Part shown: positions 12,530 through 25,722 of the stretch, piece after piece
Position numbering within the stretch: position 1 is the stretch's first letter
How the letters are laid out: each line of letters begins with the position of its first letter
NCBI GenBank assembly: GCA_038496445.1
Contig: JALMLS010000064.1
Coordinates: 124,001-188,000 of the forward strand
Source: Trichosphaerium sp. ATCC 40318
Lineage: Eukaryota; Protista; Tubulinea
Length of the DNA: 64,000 bases
Direction: 5' to 3'
The notes under the pieces: model-generated
Told to the model about the DNA's origin: nothing
The model's database searches: none
What the model saw: only the letters and a program-made list of their open reading frames with translations
Position numbers and translations under genes: made by a program

Positions 12530-15500
12530 TTAATCTGGGTGATCTGGAAATAGGGTCATTGGTAGTGTTGTTTTTAGCGTAGTGATGTCCAAAGCATTGA
12601 TGCTCGGTCCTCTAGACACGTGAAGCAATTCAAGACCAGCCAGAGAGTGAGCCAACTTGATTAGAGCAGTTGCTGACACTAGAAAAAAGAGTGAGCGCTA
12701 TCTTCAATCTGGAAGGTGTAACGTACCCTTGGTACATGCTGCTAAGTTCAAGATTTGCAAATTAGTACACTTTTCAAGGTAGGTGAGACTCGTGTCTGTA
12801 ATGTGCTGACATCCACCAAATGTCAAGGCTTCGAGCGTATCTTCACGGTTTTGTACAAGCAGTTGTACTGTATTGTCATTTACAGAACAACCAGAAAGAC
12901 CAACCTTGGACAACAGTTTGCAATGTGTTACGATAGAGTTTATGCACTCCATATCTACACGGTCGCATCCTTCCATTTGGAGTTCCCTATTGTTCAATTA
13001 GAGTTAGACAATCACCAAAAGAAACAAAAAGTTATGTCGCCAGCACGTACTGTAATCGCTTCAATTTGGTGAGATGTGTCATAGATTCGCCTGTAATGAT
13101 GGAACAGAAGCCTAGATCTAATCGCTCCAAGTACAAGCAAGCTTGTAGTACGGGTTTAACGCCCTTGTCAGTGAGTCCACCAATACCCCTTTATCAATAG
13201 CGTTAGTTGAGGTGTATTAAACATATCTTGTTGCACCTTATAAATAGCGTAGTGAGGTATGGACAATACTTGGCAATTTGGATGAGGCCATTGTCTGTCA
13301 GTTGTGGTTGTAGTGATCTATTGCCCTTTATCGACAACACTTTCAGATTAGATGTTGCTTTTTCGACAATAGCAGAGATGGTATCATCCTTGATACCGCA
13401 GCAGTAGTCGACTACGAGCGATTCCAGGTTATTACAAGCGTGTCGTGCTTTTGTCTATTGAATGCAATGAGAACGTATAAAACAAGGGTGTAGTCAAGAA
13501 AGTGGCGTACAAGGTTAGTCAATGACGTGCAAAACGTAATGTCCAGCTTTTTGAGTCGCATCTTCTTTTCTCGTAGCAATTGCATTGTATTTTCGTTTGT
13601 CAAGTTGTAGCAATAGCTCAAGGATAGTTCTTGTAGATTTACCGCAATCTTAGCAAGCCCTTTGATGGAGCTCTTGTTGTTCACCGCCGAACACCGAGAT
13701 AGATCCAGTGTGTCAAGGCGAGGCAATCTATTGAGAGCCTTGAGTACCTTTTCAGTTGCATTCTTGCACTCTGACAAATCCAATGTCCTCAAGTGTTGGC
13801 AGCTCTGTACGACTTGAATTAAGTGATCCTCTTCCATGTTTTTCCATGGAGAAAACTTGATGAGACTGTGCATTGTCTAGGCACCAAAGTTAGGCACAAC
13901 AAATAACAGCAAAAGAAAAAACCGTTGTGTGAGTAAAATCGAGGTTACCTTGACTGCGTTTACAGAATTGTATGTGAGCTGATTGCACCCAACGAGATTG
14001 AGCGCTGTTAGATTTGGTAGAGCAGATGACATGTTTTGAATTGCCGTGTCAGTAATACCACCACAGTTGTTCAAGTTGAGGTGGCACAAGTTAGTGTACG
14101 CGCTGCACAGCTTGCCAATGACGTCGTTATTGACCATGTTGCAATGATCAAAGTTAATACGTGGTAGCGATGAATAATCCAATTTACGGGAGCTATCCTT
14201 TCTGCTAACAGCCAGTGTAGAGGCGATATTGCGCACTGAAATGGCACTGAGCTTAACGTCACGATCTGGTTGGAACTCCTTTTCGCGTAGAAACGATCTA
14301 TCGAGCGCCATTGGGAGCATAGCGTTAAGCAACGGGCTATGATTCACAACACGGAACAGAGAAGCGAGGCTGGCACGGTGGTTTTGAACACCTTCTTTGA
14401 ATAGGTCATACCTACTCTCATACAGCGGTCCCCACAATGTTGGCGTGTGTGGATTAACCTTTATCGCGTTGAATCCACGCAAATCCATGGATTGTATAAC
14501 AATTGAACCGCCCTTTGGAGGCACCATTTCTAAGTCGGTTTAGATTGCATAGTTTTAGACAAAGTCATTTTTTGGAGTATCATTCAAACTACTTACTGAT
14601 CACAACGTATGACCCAAGTGGTGGCGATGCAACTGGGAACTCGTGGCCATACCTAGTACACGTGTAATTAAAATATATTCTGGTCGGTCAAACTGGTTAT
14701 GAACGTACTTGCTAGGCTCTAAGTTTTTGAAATTGACATCTAAAGCCACTTTGCCGTCCTCGATAGCCTTGCGCTTGCTGGCATCAGAGAAGTCTTCAAT
14801 TGAAGGTTCCTCTAAACAGATATGTAAGAACAAATTGAAAAGAGGTGACAATAAGTACCTTTGCAGACTGTTATGAGTAACTTGCCGCTTCGCTTCTTTC
14901 CATTATTGGGGAAACGTAGGTACACCGTTGTTAGCCTAATCAAACTTTGAGCTACAAGTTATAGTTGATGGCGTACCGAAATGTACCAGAAGCGTAATGC
15001 AGGATCATATTGGTGACATGCTTCGTTGCATAGTACTTTTGGTCGTGCCTACGAACGTATTTCGTCAGATTTTGCGGTATCTCTTATCGAAGGAAAAAAA
15101 AAGCCATACCTCAAAAGGTTAATTGTTACGTTACCAGGCATCTCCTTGATTTCGTCTGTCTAATTGACTGTAAGAATTTGCCATCAATGATAGGGAGGTT
15201 TAAAAATGACATACCTTCAATATAGTAAACCAAAGACGGTGCGGTCTTGATGCATCAGGCAAGTCGCTGCGTTTAACCAGTTGCTTCTTTGCAATGTCAT
15301 AAACGTCAACAGTGTAATTAATGAACTTTTGATCCTCTGATTCCGTCAATGGTGGAGGCTCAAGCTTTCTAGAACCCCGCATGAAACGGTGTCTACGAGG
15401 TGATAGTTAGTAAACGCACTCGGGTGAATTGGCTGTTTAATTATATTATACCCAGACAGTAACCTTTTGCTTTTTTTGCCCTTCCTTTCACTTTTCGTGA

Positions 15501-18500
15501 GCTCTTGTGCATCAGCGTTGGACTCACTCGACGTGAACAATTTAGGATCATCCAAGGAGCCAGTGCTATCGTTGGCTTTTGCCAAAACATACATATAGTC
15601 GCCGTCTGCGAGAACCGGATTAAGACGCAGCATTGCCTCGAAAAGCTGTCCTGCGCCCATGTACAGATTCTCAGCATCGACTTGATCGTCCGAGATACGC
15701 GCCCACATTTGTAGTATATCACCAGCTTGATAGTAGAGGCGATGTGTCCTAAAACAAACAAATAAGAAACAGTAGAACCAACCAATCGCGTGCGCACCGT
15801 GCGTGGTAGCATAGAGCAATTTTGTGCAGTTGGAATGCTTTACGTAGCACTGTTATTGTATCTGCAATATATTCGCTCTCTTTCTTGGCTCGTTTATAAA
15901 TAGTTGGATTAATGCCAAAATCCCTCAATTGCTCAGAAATATTGGTTTTTGCAAGCCACAACCGAACACTTTCGAGTTTGGCGTACTCCTGTACACCAAC
16001 GTTAGAATGAGGTAGGAAAACCCAAATAAAGCCAAAAAGCAAACACGTGCCTTATTGGCCTTTTTTAATATTCGCGTTTTATACGACTTGTTGCAGAGCA
16101 TTGCTTGGTGGTAGAATTCGTAAGCCTTTGAAAAGTACTCCTCCTGCTTTTCCCACGATGAATCCAAAGCGCCCAAGTTTACACAGGCCTATTCCAAACA
16201 TTACGTACATGAAAATGTAAAATGAGGGGTAAACACATACCATAGCTCTAGTTGCATAACCCTTGTGATGATCTGGGTCCAGATCGCAGCAGCTTCTAAA
16301 CTTATCCTCAGCAGCGCGGAGCAAGTCCTTTTTCCTGTTCACATCTGTTCGGGATTGTTTGTAGAGACAGTAACCCCATTGAAACATAGTGTCTGCGTCG
16401 TGAGTAGATGACGCAACCTTTGGTTGTGTTATTTGTAACTACTACATATCATCCCGGATTATTGTACGTACGGCTGCTTTGAACTTTTCATTGGCGAGAT
16501 CCCATAATCTAGATCCTTGACCCTTATCTCCTGACACTGCTTGCAAGTACAAAGCCTTGGCTTCTGCCTCGTCAACGATATTTAAATGTCTAACAATCTC
16601 TCGCATCCCTGCGATATCTGCCTTGTACAGTTTGACTCTGTTCGGGTTCTGCCTTATCGCTTCTTGCGCTGTCTCCGTCAACACGACACCGGTGAGACGT
16701 TGGAGTCTCTTGAAGAACTCAGTGACTTTGATAGCACTATTTAAATGATATGTTGGACGCTATCGCCAGGAATGTTAGTTTGCAAAACATGTTGAAATAT
16801 TAAAAATTTGTGAAGCACACATACTTGCTCTCGTTGTGTCAGTGTGTTCATGAATTGTTTCTTTATCTTTCGCTTGATTGTATGTGACCACCATATATCA
16901 GAGGACGTCTGTGTTAGCAGAAAGTCCCTTGACTCTAGTACGGCTTTGGCTTGTTCGTAACTCATTTTTCTATTTGCACTTTAGGACGCTGCTTGTTGAG
17001 GAAAAGGAGTTATTGCACAACGTACTCTTTGCTTTTTAGGGCAATTAATTGAGCTTGATTCATTTCGGACAGTTGTTTACCGTCTATTTCATGCCTAGAT
17101 AAAATATCACAGGCTTCTTTGGGGACACCAGAGCTTGATAAATACCTTGGATGTTTGGTTAAAACAAAAAAGTATCTCAACTGATGCCAACTTACTTTAT
17201 GAGCTCCCTTGATCGCCATTTCTTAAGTACGGTTCCACTACCGTTACAAAGTAATCTATTAAAAAAATCTACAGTAACGCGAATGTATGGCTCGGTAGAT
17301 GGCATCTTAACTTTCTTCATTTCTAGCCGCAACAATCGTCTGTAAAAAAAATAAGTGCACAAATTCCCTTTTTGATTACTACGTTACCTCAATTCGTTCT
17401 TGCAGACCCTTGCAACGATCTACAGCACCGAGTTAACAATACACCTTTAAAGTATTAATGGCGTACTTCATTTAGAATGTATTGCTTCTTTCTTGAGTTG
17501 CCAACAATTAAACTGCGAATATGTCCCAAGTGCCGCGTGTTAATCTAATAACGCCAAATGAGGCTTGGTTGAATGACAGTAAACGTACGCCATCGCGATG
17601 AAGTTGGGCGGTTAAACTGAAAGTAGGCTCGTTCAGTACGGTTGGTGGCGTTTTACTGAATCGTTCAACAAAAGCAGGAATAACTACTTTGTACAAACGC
17701 GCAGTTGCCTCCCGTATTTCGGCATTATCAGATCTTTTATCACGTGACCATCCCGTGTAGGCATCACTACTCAACGGACAGTATTTGGCACTCGCTCTGT
17801 TGGATTAAGTGACAGTGTTAGCAGTTAACTACAACCAAAAGAATACATTACCTAACGAACTCTGGTCGCAACAGCTTGTAGTACATACAACGTTCATATT
17901 TGTCATATTTGGGTGGCAGCGCCTCAGGAGGGAATACTCTCGCAAAATCAACGACACTAAAATACAATAAATGAGATGACACGCAAAATCTAAAGGGGTG
18001 AAGAGTACGTACTAGTACTTGTTGTCTGTGCCTTGATGCCCTTCGATATCTCCAGGCAAATGAACAAAAGTCTCTAAATTACATGTGAGGGGACAGAGGT
18101 AACAGGTAACGAATGAAAAAGGTACCTGAAGCGCCAGCACGATGGCCTTTGAGATTGAGGACTTTAGCTACATCTTCCATCATGTCATTTAATTCATCTA
18201 TGTCCGCATGCACCATCATTCCTCCATCACAACTGCCATATCTATACGCATGTTAGTTACTGGTATGGAACATGTTCTATCAACTGCAATGAATTATAAC
18301 TATGCACACCTGATTGTGTATTTGTTGATTGGCAAAATGCTCAGCGCAATGAGCCTATATCCAAGATAGTCGATGAGCGCCATGAGTGGGTAATACAAGC
18401 CCGGTACTTTGCTATTGTACATACCAATGAGGCCCTCTAAAAAAAAGTCATAAGCCCCGGTGTCACACATTATGAAAAGTACGCACTCAAGTCGTGGCCT

Positions 18501-19609
18501 GCAGCTTTAGCAGCCAAGCGATCAGAGCTCGAACCTTGACCACCATACATATACATATTCAAGTCCTCGTCAATGAGTTGATCGACAGCAAATTTAAATA
18601 AAATGTCTTGAACAATAAACTTTTCGCCTGGTTACTCTTTTGTTAATACCTAAAACACCAAGCTATGAATCTTACCTCCAGCCATGCCACCTATAGATAC
18701 TGGTTCAATAGTTTTTTTATCTAATGGCATGTGACACTCAGAAATGATAATTTTACCATACGTCTAACAAAATGGCGTCAATCACACTTTTAAAACTGTT
18801 TCTTAATATCAATACCGTAGCAGCAAACACAAAGTCAGACGCAATGCTCGACAATCTCTCATATTTGCGGAAGCTTAGAGAGGTAAGTTAGCGTTCTGTA
18901 CACACGATGCATTGACCCAAAGATGACATACCCTTCAGGCTCGTCTAATATACATTGAAAGCGCTTGGACCAGCCCAATGGAGATCCTATGGTCGTTTCA
19001 ATACAAACTACCCTGAGATTGTATGTTACCTTTCTTTCGTGCAGACTTGTTGTTTCTGTAAGACCTTGCGCCTGCGTCTGATCCTGAGTTATCGTCTAAC
19101 TCTTCTTGCCCTGATACTGTATCTGATCCTGCGCTCGATCCCGCCTCAGACGCGGCGAGCAGGTATGCGTCAGGCTGTGCATCGTCTCCCCCAGCGCTTG
19201 CTTCTTCGCTATCCGACGCCGATTCTGTTTGTAAACCGTATGCATTTGTTTCTTGCACGTCATCCTCTGAACCAGATTCAGACACAGACGCGACGTCTGC
19301 GTAAGCGTTAAATTGGGCAGTTTCCTCTGCGTCATCAAATTCGTCGCTATCTGATACTACAGGAACTGTGTAGGCGGAATACGCGGGAGCTGAGTCCTGT
19401 TGGGGTTTTTTTGTATTTTTTGCGCTTTGTTTCGCTTGTTTAAATTGTGGAACCTTTGGTGGTGGTCTACTTGGTTTAGCAGCTCTTTTTTTTTGTGACT
19501 TGGGTAGTCGAGGTGCTGGTCGGGTTGGTGCGACGTCATCTATGTCCTCTAGACAGCTGTCGCTACTATCCTCAGCACTCTCGGCATCAAGGTACGCATT
19601 ATAGCTCAT
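12530..19609 (-). CDS. Large CLU-domain protein 1: acidic N-terminus - CLU - SAM - TPR-like - Cys-containing LRRs (multi-exon)
   Basis: CLU motifs ILFKFAVD, AAKAAGHDL, YYPLMALIDYLGYRLIALSILPI, PGDIEGHQGTDNKY and VDFARVFPPE. SAM-like LSRHEIDGKQLSEMNQAQLIAL. TPR-like FQWGYCLY...AAEDKF. Many F-box/AMN1-type LRRs (LNLNNCGGITD, LDLSECKNAT). Confidence 0.85.
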
Positions 19610-19872
19610 CGACTATAACACGGGTTTTTAACTGCCCTGATTGTTGCCAATTACCCTTACAACTCGATTGGTAATTTGTTAAACGGCCAAAAACTGCGAT
19701 TTATTCAAAGTTTATGACTAGCGTAAAAAGTCAAGCTATTTATTAATACTAGTGAATAACGCGTTATTTATCGTTGACAAAACACAAAGTGCCTTCTACA
19801 GTGATACAAACAATACAAAAAAAAATAGTTTACAATAAGTGTAAAACAGGGAAACGTGAAATACACGTGGTC

Positions 19873-22800
19873 TTACACGAAGGTACCATGCTGTCGCATG
19901 TATTCCACATCTAAGAGAATGATCACTGTTTTGTTGCAATTAAGAGAATAAGTGTACCTTCTTGTGCGCGGACAAGCGATTTTCGATAGTTAAAATTGGG
20001 CGTGCGGCTAGGTATAGAATTTTTGTCTTGCACGTTGTACGTGTTAAATCCCATAAGTGAGTTGCCTTGGCTTATTTCCTGCACGTAATTGCTAGGTACG
20101 TAGCCAGTTCGTCCATTGAGGTAACCAATGAACCAAACATCATCCTTATTGATGATGTAAATAATCTCACCAGCTTTAAAACTCAAATCTCCTTCATTCA
20201 TTGCTTGGTAATTATGAATTGCACGTGCTTTAGACACGACCTTAGCACGTTTCATGGTAGTCTAAATTGCTATTTTAGCCACGAAAATGTAAAGTATTGC
20301 AGTAGGTAAGAAATAGCGTACTCCTTTTTGTGCTAAGCTGAGCTTGCGACTATCAAGCTGACCCTCAATGTTACCAAGTTGTTGATACTTATCACGCAAG
20401 GAGGTAATCTTTCTTTGTAACTCCCTGTTTTGAGCGTGCATTTCATCACGTTTTCTGGTCTCAGATATGCGTCCACGTTCTTGGTAAGCCGCCAATTGAT
20501 TCTCCATCGCACGGCGGGCTTGCCTTAGTTGTTTTACTTCTGAAGAAACGAGGCCCAGTTGAGACTTTAGTCCCTTTAATTTATGTTCGAGTTGGTCTTT
20601 TTGCTTGTTGAGCCTCCCTGCTTGCTGTTGTAAAGCAGCATGTCGTTCCAACTGTGCACGCTTGCGAACAAGATATATTGACCGTGCTAAAAATCGTCTG
20701 CACACTAAAGGGTTTTTTTAGTGAATGTAAAGAATTGCTGAGGTCGTACATGATTGCATAAAAGTAGCAGAACGTATCATCTGGCCGGCATAACCTGCGT
20801 ACCAATTACGCACGTCCCATCCCCTAATGCGGTCTTTAATACAAATGTGGGCATGATTTGAATTACCTTATGTAGGCTTGTATTGTAGTAGCATATTCCC
20901 CTAGCCTCCTGTTTCTACGATCTACCAATATTTGTAAGTATGTTACTGATGACCCTTATGATTTGTGCTCACCTTCTAATTTTGCAAGTATACCGGCCTT
21001 CATAAATAACTTTGTAGTACCGAACTGAACATTGTTCGTGTCCACCTCTGGCAAGTGAGCCAAAAGTTTTTGAACAGCTGGCTTGGGATTACGAATAGCG
21101 AATATCTTGCGAAAGAAGACACAATAGCGATTCCAAAACTCTTGGTATGTCCTATGCGTTGGAAATCCTTTTTTCGCAATTTCGACACCCTGCAATATAC
21201 CAGAGTACCGTAATTGTTCCAACACCTTGTGCTTGTTAAATTGTGCTGCTTGTTTGGTTTCGTTAGGTTTTATGCATCGTATGTAATGAGACGAGGTTTG
21301 AGCTATTTCATTGATCAAATTTGTGAGAGAAACCTAAACATGGTGAGAAAGTAGCATCCCTCCAAATGCTACTAAACCTTAAACTGAGCGCCAACAGAAA
21401 CGAATTTACGTTTTGAACGGCTTTGTCCTTCATCTGCAAACAGAGTTCCAGATACAAAGGCATTGTTACTGCGCGCCATTGCGTCTAAATGCTCTGGAAT
21501 AATGAAATCTTTGTTCTTCTCTAGAAATCCAGCCTAATGAAATCATTATTTGGCATATTATAGCAAGACAACATGGTGGACAAGGTCACGTACAGCATCA
21601 TAAATAATGGTACCAGCATAGTGCTTGATACCAAACGATGTTTTAGATATCTTAGGCCTCTCGAAAAAGGGGTTACGACCAACGTGCTGGTATAGTTTTG
21701 AACAAAGAGATTCATCACTGCCCTTTGGGAATTTGCACTCTTCGTCTAAAAGCTTCAAAATAGACAAGCCAGATTCTATCATATCCAAAACGCCTTGATT
21801 ATCTTTGTACTCAATATAAGTCCAAGGCACCGCTTCTCTCTGGTACTCAACTTGTTCTTTTTTAAAAATATTCTGCAAAACCACTAATTAGCAATTGGAC
21901 ACAAAATAATAATAAACTGCGGACCTGGTTGAATTGATGTTGTAACTTTTCATTTGCGTAGTTAATGCAAAACTGCTCAAAACTGTTCTTGGCAAAGCAC
22001 TCAAATCCATATATATCAAGAACACCAATTGACCTCCTACAATGCACACTTGCATCTAGCGACATGTTCATGCGCGTCACCAACCAATCAAATATGCGCG
22101 AATATAACGTCATAGCCAAAGAATCACGAGCACCTTCCGCCTGTGATACAGTCAACCCAATCTTGTACGTTGAATTACGATTGCCAGCTGCCATTTGTTT
22201 GGTAGTCAGAGTTGTTTCCATGAGTTCTTCACTTATTCCAAGGAGATCACAGAAAATGTTTAGTGGGTTGTACCCACCTTTATAATGCTCTATCTGCGCG
22301 GCTTCGCCATTGGCGCCAAACCTCACGTTACCCAAGTGGAGAATCGCAGCAAGCACGTTGAACAACTCATTTTGTTCCTCGTGGTTTATGCCCACCAATG
22401 CCAAAGCACGTATTGTAGCGCGAAATTGTGCAGCGTCATCAACTCCTAGGCACAACAGTCAACACACACTATGAACAAAGATTTTTTTGTAGCAAGTCCA
22501 AATAATACTCACCATCGACCACAATACAACCACTCTGAGATAGATAATAAAAGGCCTCAGCTTTAGGAACTTTCCAGGCGCGCCTTTGGGAATTGTCTGC
22601 ACCAGCACATAACTGATAGAAAATATGATAGTTCCGCTCAGATTGCGCTTGCCTGACAAGCCTAATTTTTTCCAACAGGTAAGTTTGGAGCCTTGCGCCA
22701 ACAATGCGCCCTTGTGTATCAAATTGAACTTTCATATATTTACCAAAACGACTGCTATTGTTATTTCTAATATTTGTGTGAGTACAAGGACATGTCACTT

Positions 22801-23713
22801 TTTCAAGCGTCAAAAAAAAATTTAACCTTGTAGTCTTCGCGTTACCAAATGCTTCGAGGACAGGCGTGGTACCTAGGACGCCTTCTTCAATGCCTCTACT
22901 ATTTCCTTGTGTAGATGGACTCATAGCAGCCAGATATTTTAGAATTTGCTAATACGTACAGTTATAAAGTGTTGAGGTGATGCAATTTGTTTCGCGTGCA
23001 AAGAAAAAATTACCTTGGATGTCTAACACAGCATTAATATTTAATATGAAACAATCAATCATTTGTACCTCTGTCTTACCAGCTCCCGACTCCCCAGATA
23101 CGAGTATAGATTGATCTCCAAAATGATTCATTTGTGTGTAAGCCTGTTCCACAATGCCAAAGACATGAGGAGGTAATCCTTCGCGAGCGTTATTAGCATA
23201 TTTTGCAATGTGTTCGCGTGAGTAAATAGGCAATTGTTTGTATGGGTTGACAGCCACCAGAGTCGGGCCACTGTATGTGTATATTTCATCAGCCTCATAG
23301 CGTAAGGAAAGCGTTTGCAAAATTCCCGGCTCGTGCTTTCTTTCGGTCAGTGACAATTAACCTAGGTTACTAATTGCAGAAACGTACCAGCAAAGACATT
23401 TGAGTCAAGTCTGCGATGCCTAAAAAGTAAAACGTTATTACCAGCGAATCATCATGCGCGTAAAAAGTATGTCGTACCATCTGTTATTTTGGGGTTTCGT
23501 TTCCAGTACTTGCCAGAGCGAACCGTACGCTCCTGTAAAAGCAATGTTAAACGTATTGATTTTCACTTTTATGTGTACTTCACCAGTAGCCAATTCTTTG
23601 GCAGTTATTTGGTTTCCTTGAGCTCGTACCACGGTTGCTTCGACGAATACCTCTGTTTTTGGTAAGTTTAATCTTAAACATGCAATACCATACCTTGGCG
23701 ATCCTCTATCCAT
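19873..23713 (-). CDS. Unconventional myosin heavy chain: motor - IQ - coiled coil - SH3 (multi-exon)
   Basis: IYTYSGPTLVAVNPY, GESGAGKT, LEAFGNAKT, NNNSSRFGK, DIYGFE, NSFEQFCINYANEKLQ and HYIRCIKPN. IQ motif IQAYIRG. SH3 ARAIHNYQAMNEGDLSFKAGEII...WFIG...GYVPSNYV. Confidence 0.95.
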
Positions 23714-23966
23714 ACTGTATCGCCAGAGCTTACAGCAACAGCCATTATCGTAAAATACTAATTGCACAAATTCCAACACTGCTCTACAACTTCCCTGCTG
23801 TTCTCACAAGTATAGCTTTGAGCCATCCATACAACCGGAGTACTAAACAGCCTGCAAAGTAGGCACGGAGCGTAATTAGGATTTGACAGTAAAAGTCAAC
23901 AACTGAACAGCTTTGTGCTCGAATTTCTTGTTTAATTCTTTAACGCGCCAAACAAATCACGTAAAC

Positions 23967-25489
23967 ATGGCTGATAAGAAGGATCAAGTGAATTTACCAC
24001 GTAGGGTCGTTGATCCCCACTACCGTTACAAAATGCCTGTATTGAAGACTCAAATCACTGGTAAACATCAAGGAAGATCGACAGTCATTCCCAACTTGGC
24101 TGAAATTGCCAGAGCATTGGATAGACCTCCGATCTACATAATGAAGTATTTTGGAGGCGAACTCAACACTAGAGTTAAATGCGACGACAAGGCGGGTGAA
24201 TTCTCTGTTCACGGTATGTTGCGGGTTGTTTTAGCTCTATCCGAACCGTTTTTGTATAAAACCCATGTAAATCGATGTGTAATACGTTCTTGTACCCTTC
24301 AACTACTTATAGATGCGTAGGAAGCTACACATCTGAAGAATTGGCACTGGTACACTAATTTAATTATAAATAACATACAGCTAATTCGCGCAGGTGTTAG
24401 ATAAGTTTATTGATGGCTATGTTTTATCGGATGTGTCAACCTATCCAGAAACTGATTTAATTGTAAAAAAGGGCAGGGTAAGGCTTATTGATCGCGAGTG
24501 CCTAGTACACTGACGTCAAGTTAGATTATCCTCCATTGCCGTGCTTGCGGTGAAGATACATACCCAGATATGTCGCACAAGCTGTCATCTTACATCCTCA
24601 AGAACCCACCTTCGAAAATTGGCTTTGTGCGTAGTTGTTGTTATCAATTCCTGCTAACAAAGTGATCAGGTACAACAAAAAGGTCAACAAATGAGGCGAA
24701 CTGGTAAAACAGGACAACAAGACGAACCTGCTCTCGCAACCAATGTTATAGAATCCAAGGAAGGAGCAGAAGACGCTTGGTCCGTTGACACGAGCAGGGA
24801 AGCAGTTGAACAGAGGCGCAAAGCTATGATGGGTGCTGATGTAATGCCGCTTTTAACCTTTGTGTTTTTTACTCACCAGTACTGTAGGGCGAGGAAGAGG
24901 CCGAAGAAGATCCATTGCAAACATTGTTGTCTATCGCTGCTAAAGTAAGCTTTTTACGAGCGCCAGTGTATTTACGCTTTCATTAAGGATCCACCAATGG
25001 AAACAGGAGCGTTCGTTAGAAAGGTTTTGGAATTAAAAAAAATAACTGGATGGAACGAGAGAAAAACAATACAGATGGTTTTCGTTGCTTTGTTTGATGA
25101 AAACATTGCCACGCAGTCTGTCAAAAGAGCTCAGTTACTTGAACCGTTCATTCAAGCAATGAAGTACGTTCTTGCAGTGGCACTAACAGGACTAGTACTC
25201 ACTTCTGTGTAGAGACCAAGGTACAGTTCTCAATTGCTTTGAGAAGCTCTGCCAATCCCGAAGCTCTGTAATTCCTCACACCAGCGCAATACTGAACGCA
25301 TTTTACGACCACGACGTGTTGGAAGAAGATATTTTAAACAAATGGTACAAGCACCCCAACAAGAAGATGGACAAAAAATTATCTGCTGCTATCCGAGCAA
25401 AAGGAAAAGCGTTTATTGAGTGGCTTGCCAACGCTGAGGAGGATTCTGATGAAGATGATGAAGACTCTGATGAGTATGACTCAGAATGA
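23967..25489 (+). CDS. EIF5: Translation initiation factor eIF5 (divergent; multi-exon)
   Basis: DPHYRYKMP, IARALDRPPIYIMKYFG, CRACG and HKLSSYILKNPP. C-terminal W2 domain FYDHDVLEEDILNKW...FIEWLANAEEDSDE. Confidence 0.92.
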
Positions 25490-25722
25490 TTTTGAGTTTA
25501 ATGTAATATAAACGCTTTTGCTGTCTCCTCTGATTACTGTTATATTACTGTTATGAATTTCATTAAAAGTTGTTGTCGCGTGTATCTGTGGGTCATTTAA
25601 GATCGTTCGCACCAGGTCTAGTTAAGTAGCATTTTTTTTGCTTAAAGTGCTGCCATTCGTGTTTATTTGGGTATTGTTAACTGTAACTGCGAAAAGCAAG
25701 GTGATTGCGCAATATTTGAACC

